From Candidatus Poseidoniaceae archaeon (GTDB taxonomy: Archaea > Thermoplasmatota > Poseidoniia > Poseidoniales > Poseidoniaceae), in the NCBI GenBank assembly GCA_938075675.1, contig CALJHE010000022.1, positions 8,135 to 72,134 on the forward strand: a stretch of 64,000 bases of DNA, read 5' to 3'. Each line of letters opens with the position of its first letter. Position 1 is the first letter of the stretch. A program made the translations under genes and the position numbers. Of the stretch, positions 48,056-58,396 are shown in pieces. Under the pieces are notes generated by a model, which worked only from the letters and a program-made list of their open reading frames with translations, did not search any database and was not told the origin of the DNA.

Positions 48056-49657
48056 ATGGCGGCCACCCATGGGACTCCGACCGGAGACCTAAACGCGCAC
48101 GGAATTACTCCCTCAGGAGATGTCTACTGGAATCAAGATGCTGCAACTCTCATCGAGTTGGCCGTCAGTCGGAAAGAAGGTGTTTTCAGTGCCCATCGGG
48201 CTCTTGTCACCGAGACTGGAGAGCGTACTGGCCGTTCTCCAAACGACAAGTACATCGTTGACGAAGCAACAACTACTGAAGACATCAACTGGGGCGATGT
48301 CAATGTATCAACTGATCTTGCAACCTTCACGAAAATGAGAGCGAAGGTCGTTGAATACCTCTCCGCACAAGACACACTGTTTGTCCAAGACCTATACTGT
48401 GGCGCTGATTTCAGTGAAGCCCTTCCAATCCGCGTCATCAACCAGAATGCATGGCACAACGCCTTCGCACGAAACATGTTCATTCGACCTGATGCTGAAC
48501 GGCTTGCCTCTCATTCCCCTGAGTTCACAGTAATGCACGCTCCGCACTTTGAAGCAGATGCTGAACACGATGGTCTCAACTCCCAATGTTTTGTTATTGT
48601 AAATTACCAAGCGAAAGAAGTCATCATTGGTGGAACTCGCTACGCTGGTGAAATCAAAAAATCGATTTTCTCAGTCATGAATCTTATCCTCCCAAAGAAA
48701 GGCATTCTGCCAATGCACTGCTCAGCAAACACCACTGGCGAGAACACTGCTATCTTTTTCGGACTTTCTGGAACAGGTAAAACAACACTTTCAGCAGATC
48801 CAAACCGAGCACTCATCGGCGATGATGAACACGGCTGGGGCGCAAACGGTGTCTTCAACTTCGAAGGCGGATGCTATGCGAAACTCATTGACCTGTCTGA
48901 AGAAGACGAACCCGAGATTTTTGGAACAACCCGAAAATTCGGAACCGTTCTCGAAAACATCGTCATGGATGATTCTGGAATTCCTGACTTCTCTGATGTC
49001 ACAAAAACCCAAAACACCCGTGGGTCATACCCAATTGAGTTCATTGAAAACAGAACGCTTGATTCAAAGGGAGGACATCCGCAAAATGTCATTTTCCTAA
49101 CTTGTGACGCCTTCGGAGTTCTACCACCAATCTCTCGACTCACGCCTGCTCAAGCAGCCTACCACTTTATTTCCGGATACACCGCTAAAGTTGCGGGAAC
49201 TGAGATCGGAGTCAAAGAACCCCAAGCAACGTTCTCGGCCTGCTTTGGTGAACCGTTTATGCCAATGCACCCCGGCGTTTATGCAGACCTTCTTTCCAAC
49301 AAGATGGCTGAACACGGCGCAAAAGCATGGCTCATCAACACCGGTTGGTCCGGTGGAGCGTACGGCGTAGGAAGCCGAATGAAGATTCGTTACACACGCG
49401 CTATGTTGAATGCGGCAATGGACGGAGATTTGGACAATGTGGAATTCGTAGTTGACCCACGGTTTGGATTCGAAGTTCCTGTTGAATGCCCGAATGTTCC
49501 GGAAAATGTTCTGCAACCTCGCAACACGTGGGCCGATGCTGAACAATACGATGCAACCGCTGACAAACTCGCTGCAATGTTCAATGAAAACTTCGCACGA
49601 TACGAGGCGGGCGTTTCCTCCGAAGTGAACGCTGCAGCTCCCCATTCGATGGCTTGA
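48056..49657 (+). CDS. pckA: phosphoenolpyruvate carboxykinase (ATP)
   Basis: TGRSP.DK, YAGEIKK, MHCSAN, FFGLSGTGKTTLS, LIGDDEHGW, NFEGGCYAK. Confidence 0.97.
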   Translation: MAATHGTPTGDLNAHGITPSGDVYWNQDAATLIELAVSRKEGVFSAHRALVTETGERTGRSPNDKYIVDEATTTEDINWGDVNVSTDLATFTKMRAKVVEYLSAQDTLFVQDLYCGADFSEALPIRVINQNAWHNAFARNMFIRPDAERLASHSPEFTVMHAPHFEADAEHDGLNSQCFVIVNYQAKEVIIGGTRYAGEIKKSIFSVMNLILPKKGILPMHCSANTTGENTAIFFGLSGTGKTTLSADPNRALIGDDEHGWGANGVFNFEGGCYAKLIDLSEEDEPEIFGTTRKFGTVLENIVMDDSGIPDFSDVTKTQNTRGSYPIEFIENRTLDSKGGHPQNVIFLTCDAFGVLPPISRLTPAQAAYHFISGYTAKVAGTEIGVKEPQATFSACFGEPFMPMHPGVYADLLSNKMAEHGAKAWLINTGWSGGAYGVGSRMKIRYTRAMLNAAMDGDLDNVEFVVDPRFGFEVPVECPNVPENVLQPRNTWADAEQYDATADKLAAMFNENFARYEAGVSSEVNAAAPHSMA

Positions 49658-49731
49658 AGCACTTAGCATCGCTTTGGAACACCTGTTTCAAACAAACTCG
49701 AATCTATAAGTGTTGAGCGTTAGTTCATTCT

Positions 49732-49998
49732 ATGTCTGACTTAACGCCAGTGATTCAAGATTCAGCAGTTGCTGGCGATTTGCATGTAGGGGATGTACAC
49801 AATACTACACAAACCACCCATGTCGACCAATCAACAAATGTTCAACTGCCGAACCTCGATGTTGCATTTGGTGAAAAAATTATTGTAATTCTCAAAACCG
49901 TGTTTGGCTTTGTAGGAGGAATCATTGGGGCATCGTTGCTGTTCACAACAATCATCGCTTTTGGAATTGGGTTTCTGATCTACAACGGTAAACTTTGA
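49732..49998 (+). CDS. small membrane protein
   Basis: 88 aa with IQDSAVAGDL motif and C-terminal hydrophobic helix. Confidence 0.65.
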   Translation: MSDLTPVIQDSAVAGDLHVGDVHNTTQTTHVDQSTNVQLPNLDVAFGEKIIVILKTVFGFVGGIIGASLLFTTIIAFGIGFLIYNGKL

Positions 49999-50151
49999 TT
50001 GTTCGACCATGATCACTATTGCCCAACTCAAGAAGGCAAAGGGTAGCGAAAAAACAGACCCACTGAAAGCCCTTCCAACGACTTCTTCCTGTTGGATGGG
50101 ATTTAGGATAGCCCCTTCCAACACATCCGAATTGGTTTGTTGCTTGTTCGC

Positions 50152-50469
50152 TCACTTTTTGTTTAGTTCGAACAAACTCGCACATTTTGAACAATAATCC
50201 ATGCTCATTTTTGCTTGCTCAATAACATCCTTTCTTGTGTCTGCACCAGGACTCTTATTCCCATGATTGCACATTGCAAAGTATTTCCAATGTTCATACC
50301 CTGAGGTATTTCCGTCAAAATCCTCAACTACGTAGCAGCCAACTTGGAAGCCTCCAATTGACCTGCGCTTTTTGATTGAAAAACAACCCCAGTTTATCGC
50401 ACCGTCTGCTTTTGTCGCCCTGTAAGTATCATCAGAGTGTCCTGCGCCTGTGGTCATGGTTAACCTCAA
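50152..50469 (-). CDS. small hypothetical protein, possible Zn finger
   Basis: CNHG...CSKC; AT-richer than neighbouring genes. Confidence 0.5.
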   Translation of the reverse strand: MRLTMTTGAGHSDDTYRATKADGAINWGCFSIKKRRSIGGFQVGCYVVEDFDGNTSGYEHWKYFAMCNHGNKSPGADTRKDVIEQAKMSMDYCSKCASLFELNKK

Positions 50470-50553
50470 TGTGTAGTAATATTTGACTAAACTGGAACAT
50501 ATGCCCCATTCAACACCCTTCCGTTTGTTTTTGGAGGATGGGTAACGACTGCT

Positions 50554-53226
50554 TCAAAGTTCAGTGATGTCTTCACGTTCTGTCGAAATACCGAATTCTT
50601 TCTCGGCTTTCTCATAGGTACTGGCTTCAATTGAACCATCTCTCACGAGAGATGAGAGTGCTGCAAGAGCAACCGCTGCTCCATCAATTTCGAAGAATCG
50701 ACGGAGCGCTTCACGGGTATCCGAGCGACCAAAGCCATCGGTTCCTAGGACGGTGTAGTGTCCACCAACCCACTGACGAATCATATCAGGCACTGCCGCC
50801 ATATTATCGCTCACCGCAATGACCGGGACTGTACCGCTTCCAAGGATTTGTTCAACCCAAGGCTGCTTTGCAGTCAGCGTTGGATGCAAGCGATTCCATC
50901 GATCGCATTCCAAACCTTCTCGGCGCATTTCTCCATACGAAGTTGCAGAATAGATTTCTGAACGAACACCGTAGGCTTCGAGCTTCTCTACCGCATCCAA
51001 AACTTGGATCATAATCGGCCCTGAACCAATCAGTCGAACAATCGGGCCGTCGCCCTTGGGGGCTGGGCGCAGTAGGTACATGCCACGAATGATACCGGCA
51101 TCGACGCCTTTTGGTTTCGGTGGCATGGGGTAATTTTCGTTGTAAACGGCAATGTAGTGGATGACATCTTTGTCTTGGCCGTACATCTCATCAATTCCGT
51201 GTCGGATGATGGTTGCTAATTCGTAAGCGAATGCTGGGTCCCATGCTCGGACTGCTGGATTGGTATGCGCCATCAAAAGCGAGTGCCCGTCTTGGTGCTG
51301 CAAACCTTCTCCGTTGAGTGTGGTTCGTCCTGAAGTTGCTCCCATGAGGAAACCACGAGCACGCTGGTCTGCTGCCGACCAGATGAGGTCAGCAACACGC
51401 TGGAATCCGAACATCGAATAGAACGTGTAGAACGGAACGGTCGGATAGTGGTGAGTGGAAAAGGAGGTCGCTGCAGCTATGAACGTCGAAGTTGCACCGG
51501 CTTCATTGATTCCTTCTTCCAACAGTTGACCTTTTGCAGATTCCTTGTATTTCATCAGCACCTTATGGTCGACCGGCTTGTACAACTGCCCTTCAGGGTG
51601 GTAAATTCCAAACTCGGCGAACAGGGGGTCCATTCCGAACGTTCGTGCTTCATCAGGGATGATTGGAACGATACGTTCTCCAAACTCTTTGTTCTTCATG
51701 AGAGCACGAAGAATTCGAACGAATGCCATGGTGGTTGAAACTTGCATGTTTCCTTTTGTGCCTTCATCAAAGTCAGCATAAGTTGCTTCATCCGGTAGGG
51801 TAAGGTCGAACTTAGGAACGGTTCGAGATGGCATGAAACCATCCATTGCAGCACGTCGCTCCTTGGCATAGGCCACCAATTCGGGGACGTCTTCTGGCAT
51901 GACGTACGGGTATTTTTCCAAATCTTCATCGGAGAAATCAAGTCCAAGGTCATCGCGCATGTATTGCATGCTTTCCATGTCTGCTTTCTTCTTCTGATGG
52001 GTCGTGTTTCGGCCAGCAAAGGCTGGGCCGAGTCCGAATCCCTTGATGGTACGTATCAAGACAACGGTTGGCTGGCCTTTGTGGGCGGTAGCCTGAGCGT
52101 ATGCAGCGTGAAGTTTGACGAAGTCGTGTCCGCCGACATCTGCGCACAAGTCGACCAGTTCGTCATCGCTCAAATGAGCAACGAGGGCTTGTAAGCCATC
52201 GGAATTGAACAAATCTTTGCGGATGGTTGCTCCATCTGCTGTCATGATTCGTTGCTCATCCCCATCAACCAATTCATCAAGTCGAGCAGCGAGTAGACCG
52301 GCTGAATCTCTAGAAAACAAATCATCCCAACTGCTGCCCCAGAGGACTTTGATAACGTTCCATCCAGCGCCACGGAATCTACCTTCAAGTTCTTGAACAA
52401 TCTTTGAGTTTCCACGCACAGGCCCGTCGAGTCGTTGTAGGTTACAATTCATCGTCATGACGATGTTGTCAAGTCCTTCTCGTCCTGCGAGAGATAACTG
52501 TGAAAGGGATTCAGGCTCGTCGGATTCTCCATCTCCCATAGTGTACCAAACACGAGAGTTTGCGGTTGAGACCAGACCTCGGTCTTCGAGGTAACGATTG
52601 AATCGAGCTTGGTGTATTGCAGTCATCGCTCCTAGCCCCATGCTTACCGAAGGGAATTCCCAGAAATCAGGCATCAAACGTGGGTGTGGATACGATGAGA
52701 GTCCTTTGCCACCGGTTTCTTGCCGGAACGCTTCCATTTGTTCGAGAGTTAAGCGGCCTTCCAGCCATGCACGAGCATAGATTCCTGGTGAAGCATGACC
52801 TTGCCAGTAAAGATGATCGCCTTGTCCGGCTCCATCTTTGCCTCGGAAAAAGTGGTTGAAACCGATTTCCCAGGCGTGAGACGCTGAGGCATAGGTCGAG
52901 ATGTGTCCACCAATGCCCTCGAAGTATTTGTTTCCACGAGTGACGATCATCATTGCGTTCCAACGGATGATGCCGTTAAGGCGTAATTCAAGGTCAAGGT
53001 CACCAGGATAGGCGCCTTGAGCATCGGGATGAATCGAATTAAGGTAAGGTGTGTTGACCACGTCGATTCCGACACCAGCGTGCCGTGCAGCATCGACGGT
53101 AGAGAGTAAAATTCGGCGAGCTTCCTCGTCACCGAGTTGGTCACGAACAGCAAGAATAGAATCAATCCACTCCTGCGTAGCGACAGGGTCTGGGTCAGGT
53201 AAAGTTCCTTGAACACCGAAGCGCAT
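50554..53226 (-). CDS. aceE: pyruvate dehydrogenase E1 component, homodimeric type
   Basis: GGHISTYAS, QGHASPGIYARA, SSYPHP, GDGESDEPE, DEARTFGM, GEGLQHQDG; AGGAGG before ATG. Confidence 0.95.
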   Translation of the reverse strand: MRFGVQGTLPDPDPVATQEWIDSILAVRDQLGDEEARRILLSTVDAARHAGVGIDVVNTPYLNSIHPDAQGAYPGDLDLELRLNGIIRWNAMMIVTRGNKYFEGIGGHISTYASASHAWEIGFNHFFRGKDGAGQGDHLYWQGHASPGIYARAWLEGRLTLEQMEAFRQETGGKGLSSYPHPRLMPDFWEFPSVSMGLGAMTAIHQARFNRYLEDRGLVSTANSRVWYTMGDGESDEPESLSQLSLAGREGLDNIVMTMNCNLQRLDGPVRGNSKIVQELEGRFRGAGWNVIKVLWGSSWDDLFSRDSAGLLAARLDELVDGDEQRIMTADGATIRKDLFNSDGLQALVAHLSDDELVDLCADVGGHDFVKLHAAYAQATAHKGQPTVVLIRTIKGFGLGPAFAGRNTTHQKKKADMESMQYMRDDLGLDFSDEDLEKYPYVMPEDVPELVAYAKERRAAMDGFMPSRTVPKFDLTLPDEATYADFDEGTKGNMQVSTTMAFVRILRALMKNKEFGERIVPIIPDEARTFGMDPLFAEFGIYHPEGQLYKPVDHKVLMKYKESAKGQLLEEGINEAGATSTFIAAATSFSTHHYPTVPFYTFYSMFGFQRVADLIWSAADQRARGFLMGATSGRTTLNGEGLQHQDGHSLLMAHTNPAVRAWDPAFAYELATIIRHGIDEMYGQDKDVIHYIAVYNENYPMPPKPKGVDAGIIRGMYLLRPAPKGDGPIVRLIGSGPIMIQVLDAVEKLEAYGVRSEIYSATSYGEMRREGLECDRWNRLHPTLTAKQPWVEQILGSGTVPVIAVSDNMAAVPDMIRQWVGGHYTVLGTDGFGRSDTREALRRFFEIDGAAVALAALSSLVRDGSIEASTYEKAEKEFGISTEREDITEL

Positions 53227-53419
53227 GTTTCTCCTCCTTGGGCTTGCCTCCAACCGTGGGGTTTTCAACCCTCGCTTGAAATTGAGACGCTCAACTCTCT
53301 CATTCGCCGCAGATTTGCGTTTGATTTTACTGAACGGCGCTCTATGCATCGTTTTTTGTTGGCCCATTTCATACTTTTCCGGAGCAATCAATAAAAGCCG
53401 ATTTCACTGCGGGCAAGAT

Positions 53420-53599
53420 ATGTCCGTCGAGGCTATGGTTCAAACGATGATTGATGATTTAACTGCCGCTCTTGCTGATGCTGTCAAGCACGACAAGGGT
53501 AACGCTGCTGCTGGTACCCGTGTGCGCAAGGCTATGCAAGAAGCAAAGTCCGCTGCTCAAGCAGTGCGCACCCAAGTCCAAGCAGACAAGAACGCTTGA
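53420..53599 (+). CDS. histone H1-like (Hc1-type) small protein
   Basis: D..K..KGN.AAGTRVRKAMQE.K..AQ.VR..VQ motif. Confidence 0.8.
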   Translation: MSVEAMVQTMIDDLTAALADAVKHDKGNAAAGTRVRKAMQEAKSAAQAVRTQVQADKNA

Positions 53600-53601
53600 G
53601 G

Positions 53602-55071
53602 TTAGGAGCGCGTTAACACGCGCCATTCGCCCTTGCCGTTGAGGAAATCACTTTCTCCGCTGGTTTTAAGATCCCACCCACTCGGTGTAAACGTTATCTC
53701 TGGCGATAGAACGATTGTATCCACATTTGACAGGGTTGAATTCAAATCCTTCTCCCATGCAGTGTTCGTCGATCTCCAATGACCGGTGATGTTGTTTTCT
53801 CCCGCATCAAGCGGAGCATAAAACGTGTACAACCAGTGCATACCGAGAGTATCTTCTGATACCAACAGGAACTGTTCATCTTGACCCAGTTCCATTCCGA
53901 TTGCTGCCTCATCCGTCCACATGGTTTGGCCATGAAGAGACGCCATCAATGAGAGCGGAATCAGAAGAAGTACGGTCACGAACATAGCCTTCGTTTTCGA
54001 TTGAGGGGCATCGATGGTTGGTACGTCTTCGTGCTTACGAACGTAGTGCATCATCAGAACAGCCGGTACAAACAGCATTGTGATGTAACGGCCGTTGTTC
54101 CCCATTGTCCACACGACCCCAGGCCATTCAGCTCCCCAGATACTTGCTTCGTATGTCCAAAGTGCAGCCACATAGAACACGATTGCCACAAGTATGCCCG
54201 AGATGTATCCGGTCATCATGGCAAGTGTGGGTTCTTCAACGCGCTTTAAAGTGCGCCAAATTGAGCCGGCAAACGGCCACAGGACCATCCCAAATAACGT
54301 GAAGAGGACAACGACATCGAAGATTGAAAAAGCCACTGCCGAAGCATACCGCAAGGGCTGTTGACCGATGATGGCCAGTGTAGCATTGACTTCGAGTAAG
54401 CCAAACGCGACCATCAACAAAGCCACAGCCAGGCCGACACCGATTCCTACCATGTGCGGCCGAGACATCCATGCGGTTCCATTCAGTGTGCTTCCCTGAA
54501 GCCGTTGCCAAAGCAGAGCAATTGCTCCAGTGACCAGAGCGCCAAGCAGCACTCCTTGTGCATCAGCAAACCCCTTTGAATAGGCCATGGACATGAAGAA
54601 AACCCCACCACTAAAACACTGCAAGGGGCGATTTTTATTGGAAAGTACGCCGCTAAAAAGCAGTAAGGCCAGGGCTGAAAAGACTGCGAGGTACACTTCT
54701 TCATACCCTCTTCCGACGGAGAATATCATTGCGGGTGAAAGTGAAAAAACTGCGGCAGAACGAACCCCGCTCCATCGGTAGAGGCACGCTAAAAGTCCGA
54801 AGAAGGTGAAGAGTGCGAACGCTTTGATCCCCGTTTCAGAGAGGTCATAAAGCGGTAAAACAACACGTTCTCCACCGTCCGAAGCATCGCTTTGGCCAGC
54901 GATTTCAGGCCGTAAATCTCCCCACGGTAATGCTCCGTCTTCATCCACAGCCATCTTGACATGTGTGTCAAGGCCCAGATCACTGGTGAAGCAAGCAAGA
55001 ATGTTGAGGAGTATGCCTAAAATGAGGAGTTTTTGCCAGAAGCGGTCGTCTTCTATTCCCAACCGCTCCAT
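53602..55071 (-). CDS. polytopic membrane protein, possibly a GT-C glycosyltransferase
   Basis: About 11 TM, LSPAMIFS..RGYEE, RY.TML..P; extracellular C-terminal domain. Confidence 0.55.
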   Translation of the reverse strand: MERLGIEDDRFWQKLLILGILLNILACFTSDLGLDTHVKMAVDEDGALPWGDLRPEIAGQSDASDGGERVVLPLYDLSETGIKAFALFTFFGLLACLYRWSGVRSAAVFSLSPAMIFSVGRGYEEVYLAVFSALALLLFSGVLSNKNRPLQCFSGGVFFMSMAYSKGFADAQGVLLGALVTGAIALLWQRLQGSTLNGTAWMSRPHMVGIGVGLAVALLMVAFGLLEVNATLAIIGQQPLRYASAVAFSIFDVVVLFTLFGMVLWPFAGSIWRTLKRVEEPTLAMMTGYISGILVAIVFYVAALWTYEASIWGAEWPGVVWTMGNNGRYITMLFVPAVLMMHYVRKHEDVPTIDAPQSKTKAMFVTVLLLIPLSLMASLHGQTMWTDEAAIGMELGQDEQFLLVSEDTLGMHWLYTFYAPLDAGENNITGHWRSTNTAWEKDLNSTLSNVDTIVLSPEITFTPSGWDLKTSGESDFLNGKGEWRVLTRS

Positions 55072-55123
55072 AGTCAACGGTTCGGGGGGTGAGGTTCAAC
55101 CCTTTCGGACACTTCGGGGGTAC

Positions 55124-56161
55124 ATGGGCGGAATTCTCAACGGTGTGCGCATTGTCGATGTCTCACGAATTTTAGCAGGACCTTATGCAACACAGATGCT
55201 TTCGGATCTTGGTGCAGAAGTCATCAAAGTCGAAGCACCATGGGGAGACGATACCCGCAAATGGGGCCCACCTTTCACCACAGGTTTCGATGGGAAGCAG
55301 GTTGCTGCCTACTTTCTTTCGTGCAACAGGGGCAAAGAGATTGTAACGTTCAATTTGAAACAGCAAGCGGATGAAGTGCGCACATTGATTGAGACGGCGG
55401 ATGTGGTGGTTGAGAATTTCAAGCCCGGAACGCTTGAACGGCTTCTTGGCCCGATGCCAAAAGACGTGATTGTTTGCTCAATTTCGGCTTACGGTGCATC
55501 CGGCCCTCGCCGTGATGAGCCAGGATACGATGTCGCCTTGCAAGCACGCAGTGGCATTATGGGCATTACTGGCGAGGCGGACGCATCACCGGTGAAGGTC
55601 GGTGTCGCATGGATTGACGTCATTACCGGACTGAACGCCGGGAACGCTATTCTCGCAGCATTGTATCACAAAGAGAAGACCGGTGAATCGATGCAAATCG
55701 ATATCTCACTGTGGGATTGTGCGGTTGCGGCACTTGTCAATCAGGCACACAACGCCATGGCCAGCGGTGAAAATCCTCAACCGATGGGCTCAGCCCATCC
55801 AAATCTCGTTCCTTATCGAGCCTTCAAAGCAAACGACGGTTGGTTTGTGATTGGCGTTGGTTCGGACAACCAGTGGAGCGGTTTAGCAACGCATTTGTCG
55901 ATACCTGCTCACAGTGAATGGTCGACCAATGAAGGTCGAGTTCTGAACAGAGCAGCAGTCGAGAAAGCCGTTGCAGATGCCGTTTCGTCGATGAGCCGTC
56001 ATGAACTTGAATCGCTGCTTGTTGGCATTCCGTGCGCTCCGGTCAATACCGTTCTTGAAGCACTTAACGATCCTCAAAGCGTATCGAGAGGAGCAGTTAC
56101 CCAACACCAAGGCGTCGATGTCTTGGCAAGTCCACTGCGCTTCATGCGTCCTTCAGAATGA
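55124..56161 (+). CDS. family III CoA transferase (CaiB/BaiF)
   Basis: SRILAGP, DLGAEVIKVE, GDDTR, NRGK, DVVVENFKPG, GYD...QA. Confidence 0.93.
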   Translation: MGGILNGVRIVDVSRILAGPYATQMLSDLGAEVIKVEAPWGDDTRKWGPPFTTGFDGKQVAAYFLSCNRGKEIVTFNLKQQADEVRTLIETADVVVENFKPGTLERLLGPMPKDVIVCSISAYGASGPRRDEPGYDVALQARSGIMGITGEADASPVKVGVAWIDVITGLNAGNAILAALYHKEKTGESMQIDISLWDCAVAALVNQAHNAMASGENPQPMGSAHPNLVPYRAFKANDGWFVIGVGSDNQWSGLATHLSIPAHSEWSTNEGRVLNRAAVEKAVADAVSSMSRHELESLLVGIPCAPVNTVLEALNDPQSVSRGAVTQHQGVDVLASPLRFMRPSE

Positions 56162-57181
56162 AAACAGAGACGTTTGACCGCCTTCTCGGATGAGCCCAAC
56201 TTCTCGGAGTTTATCGAAAGCGTTGTCCATTCGGCGTTGGCTGAATTGCCGTTCGACCTGCAAGAATTGCGTTAATCCTTTGACATCGATTTGTCCCGGC
56301 TCAAGATCCTCATCTGCCACATCCACAGCAGGATGCTCATGAAAGATACTTCGGATTTCATCGAGCCGCTCAGGAACTTCCTTGCCCTTGACTTGACATA
56401 TTGCCTCAATCGAACCGTGCTCTTTGATCAACTTGATTCCAGTTTTAGGGCCGATGCCTCGGATTCCAGGATGGAAGTCGGTTCCAATCATGATGGCAAG
56501 GTCAATCAGTTGAGAGCGAGAAAGGTCGTTTGATTGCAACATCCCTTCCAAATGTATCATCTGAGCTCGAACCGTTCTTCCATGTTGCTTGGAGCCGTCG
56601 CTCATTAAGTTTCGAACCAAGCGTGGCGTTCCATAGAGCAGAGCATCCCAGTCTTGGGTAGCAACGACATCCAGTTGGCCCTTTGCCGCCATTACAGCAG
56701 CTTGCCCTTCGCCTTCTGCCTTGGCGACAACCCACGGCACACCGAGTAAATCCAGCAACTGTTTTGTTTCATCAACCATTTCTTGAGAATAATGCATGAT
56801 GCGTGGAGCCATTTTCTGAGCGAGAGCGAAATCTCCGACTTCAAGTGCCTCTTTGTGAATGCGTTCAGCCTCCTCTCTGCGGGCTCTGCGGCTTGCCATC
56901 TCGTCGGCTTTCAAGTCTGGTGATTCACCATCAAAGATGTACACCGGTCGTATTCCGAGGTTGAGTAGGGTCGCAGTTCGGTTAAGGAAACCCATCAAGT
57001 GAGAGACCACTTTCCCATTATCTGCTTTGAGCGGACCCCCATCGCCTTGCGGAGAACGGTCCCTCATGGTTGTAAGAAATTGGAAAGCGGTGAGAAATGC
57101 ATCGATGCCCACTCTCTGACCCGATAGGCTTGCTAGGTCTATGTTTTCTGCAGTTGCTAGGTCTTTCAGATTGCAGCCCAT
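56153..57181 (-). CDS. fen: flap endonuclease 1
   Basis: MG..L, IDA...FQF, SHL.G, IFDG..P..K, EGEGQAA, QDWD.LL.G, GTDF..G..GIGPK, PIP box QTSLFSF. Confidence 0.95.
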   Translation of the reverse strand: MGCNLKDLATAENIDLASLSGQRVGIDAFLTAFQFLTTMRDRSPQGDGGPLKADNGKVVSHLMGFLNRTATLLNLGIRPVYIFDGESPDLKADEMASRRARREEAERIHKEALEVGDFALAQKMAPRIMHYSQEMVDETKQLLDLLGVPWVVAKAEGEGQAAVMAAKGQLDVVATQDWDALLYGTPRLVRNLMSDGSKQHGRTVRAQMIHLEGMLQSNDLSRSQLIDLAIMIGTDFHPGIRGIGPKTGIKLIKEHGSIEAICQVKGKEVPERLDEIRSIFHEHPAVDVADEDLEPGQIDVKGLTQFLQVERQFSQRRMDNAFDKLREVGLIREGGQTSLFSF

Positions 57182-57256
57182 GGTATGAACATAAGTTGAC
57201 AGTATGTGTATATTGGCATGCGAACCCGTCAAGAAGTCGAGACGCAAGCGCCCACC

Positions 57257-58396
57257 ATGGCGAGTCATGTTGCGAGTTTACGCGGCTGGCACACTGCATT
57301 GGCCCGCGCCGAGATTGCCTCGCTTCTTCCAGAGGTCGAACTCAAACGTCTTTCTGCGCGACGTTTGGTTCAACTTGAAGGCGAAATTTCAGCGGAACGC
57401 ATGCTCGAGGCTGTGAACTGCTCGAGCGGTTGTCAAGCCTTGCTTTCTCATGCCGTTCTTTGGTCCAGAGACGACGGTATCGATTCTTTGCTTGAAAAGA
57501 TGGGTGCATACATCCAAACGCATGTTCGAACGGGTTCTGTCGCTGTTCGTTCATGGAAGCATGAAGGGAAAATGGAAGGCGTCAGTGCTCGTGAATTAAT
57601 GAGGAAAATCGGTGGCATGTTGTCCGAGCAAGGTTATCAGATTGACCTTGAGCAACCGGAACATCGCCTTGGAATGGTGTTGGATGCAACAGCCGGCATC
57701 GTTGCGTGCGGCTGGATGATTGGTACTGGCGATGACTCCGACGGCATATCTGCTCGTCGGGCGACGGACCGTCCATTTTTCAAGCCGGTGAGTCTTGACC
57801 CACGGCTGGCTCGCTTAGCAATCAACTTGGCCTCAGGGCCTCGGCACAAGGGTGCGACGCTTGACTTGATGACCGGTACCGGCGGATTTGTTCTTGAAGC
57901 AGCGGTCTCGGGAAGAGAGGCATACGGCATTGACCTTGATCCAGAAATGATTGACGGAGCACAAAGAAATCTTGACTGGGCTGAACAGGCAAGCAACGCT
58001 TCTTTGCTGTTGGGGGACGCAACACGCCTTGCAGAAATCTTACCCAAAGACGCTCTTCATCGCATCAGTGGGTTTGTTCTTGACCCACCATACGGTAGAA
58101 ACTCACAAGGAACGCTTGAGCCGACGGCTTTGATCCGTGCTGTCTTAGAGAGTTCTCATTCCGTTGCAGCAACCGATGCTCATTTTGTATTGATTGTGCC
58201 CATCCACCCGTTTGGAGAACATGCTGAAGAGGCTTTGCCAGAAGACGCAACAGTCGAACTGTTGCACGGACAATGGGATGCGTTGCAAGCATGCTTTGAG
58301 CAAACCGGTTGGAGGCTGTTGGGTCGATGGGTTGAACACGTTCATGCCAGTCTTGGACGGCTTATTCTTCATGCAGCAATTGTTCCTCAAGATTGA
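57257..58396 (+). CDS. tRNA (guanine-N2) methyltransferase, Trm11/TrmG10-like
   Basis: THUMP-like region, RPFF.P.SL.P.LAR..INL, D.M.GTGG, DPPYGR, VH.SL.R. Confidence 0.8.
   Translation: MASHVASLRGWHTALARAEIASLLPEVELKRLSARRLVQLEGEISAERMLEAVNCSSGCQALLSHAVLWSRDDGIDSLLEKMGAYIQTHVRTGSVAVRSWKHEGKMEGVSARELMRKIGGMLSEQGYQIDLEQPEHRLGMVLDATAGIVACGWMIGTGDDSDGISARRATDRPFFKPVSLDPRLARLAINLASGPRHKGATLDLMTGTGGFVLEAAVSGREAYGIDLDPEMIDGAQRNLDWAEQASNASLLLGDATRLAEILPKDALHRISGFVLDPPYGRNSQGTLEPTALIRAVLESSHSVAATDAHFVLIVPIHPFGEHAEEALPEDATVELLHGQWDALQACFEQTGWRLLGRWVEHVHASLGRLILHAAIVPQD

Noticed and set aside
49831-50151. Stop-codon readthrough or selenocysteine at TGA 50152-50154
   Set aside because: The extension overlaps a plausible + strand gene and no SECIS-like structure was recognised
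53225-53419. Long N-terminal extensions of aceE and the Hc1-like ORF in the ORF track
   Set aside because: They overlap each other; better starts exist at 53226 (with SD) and 53420
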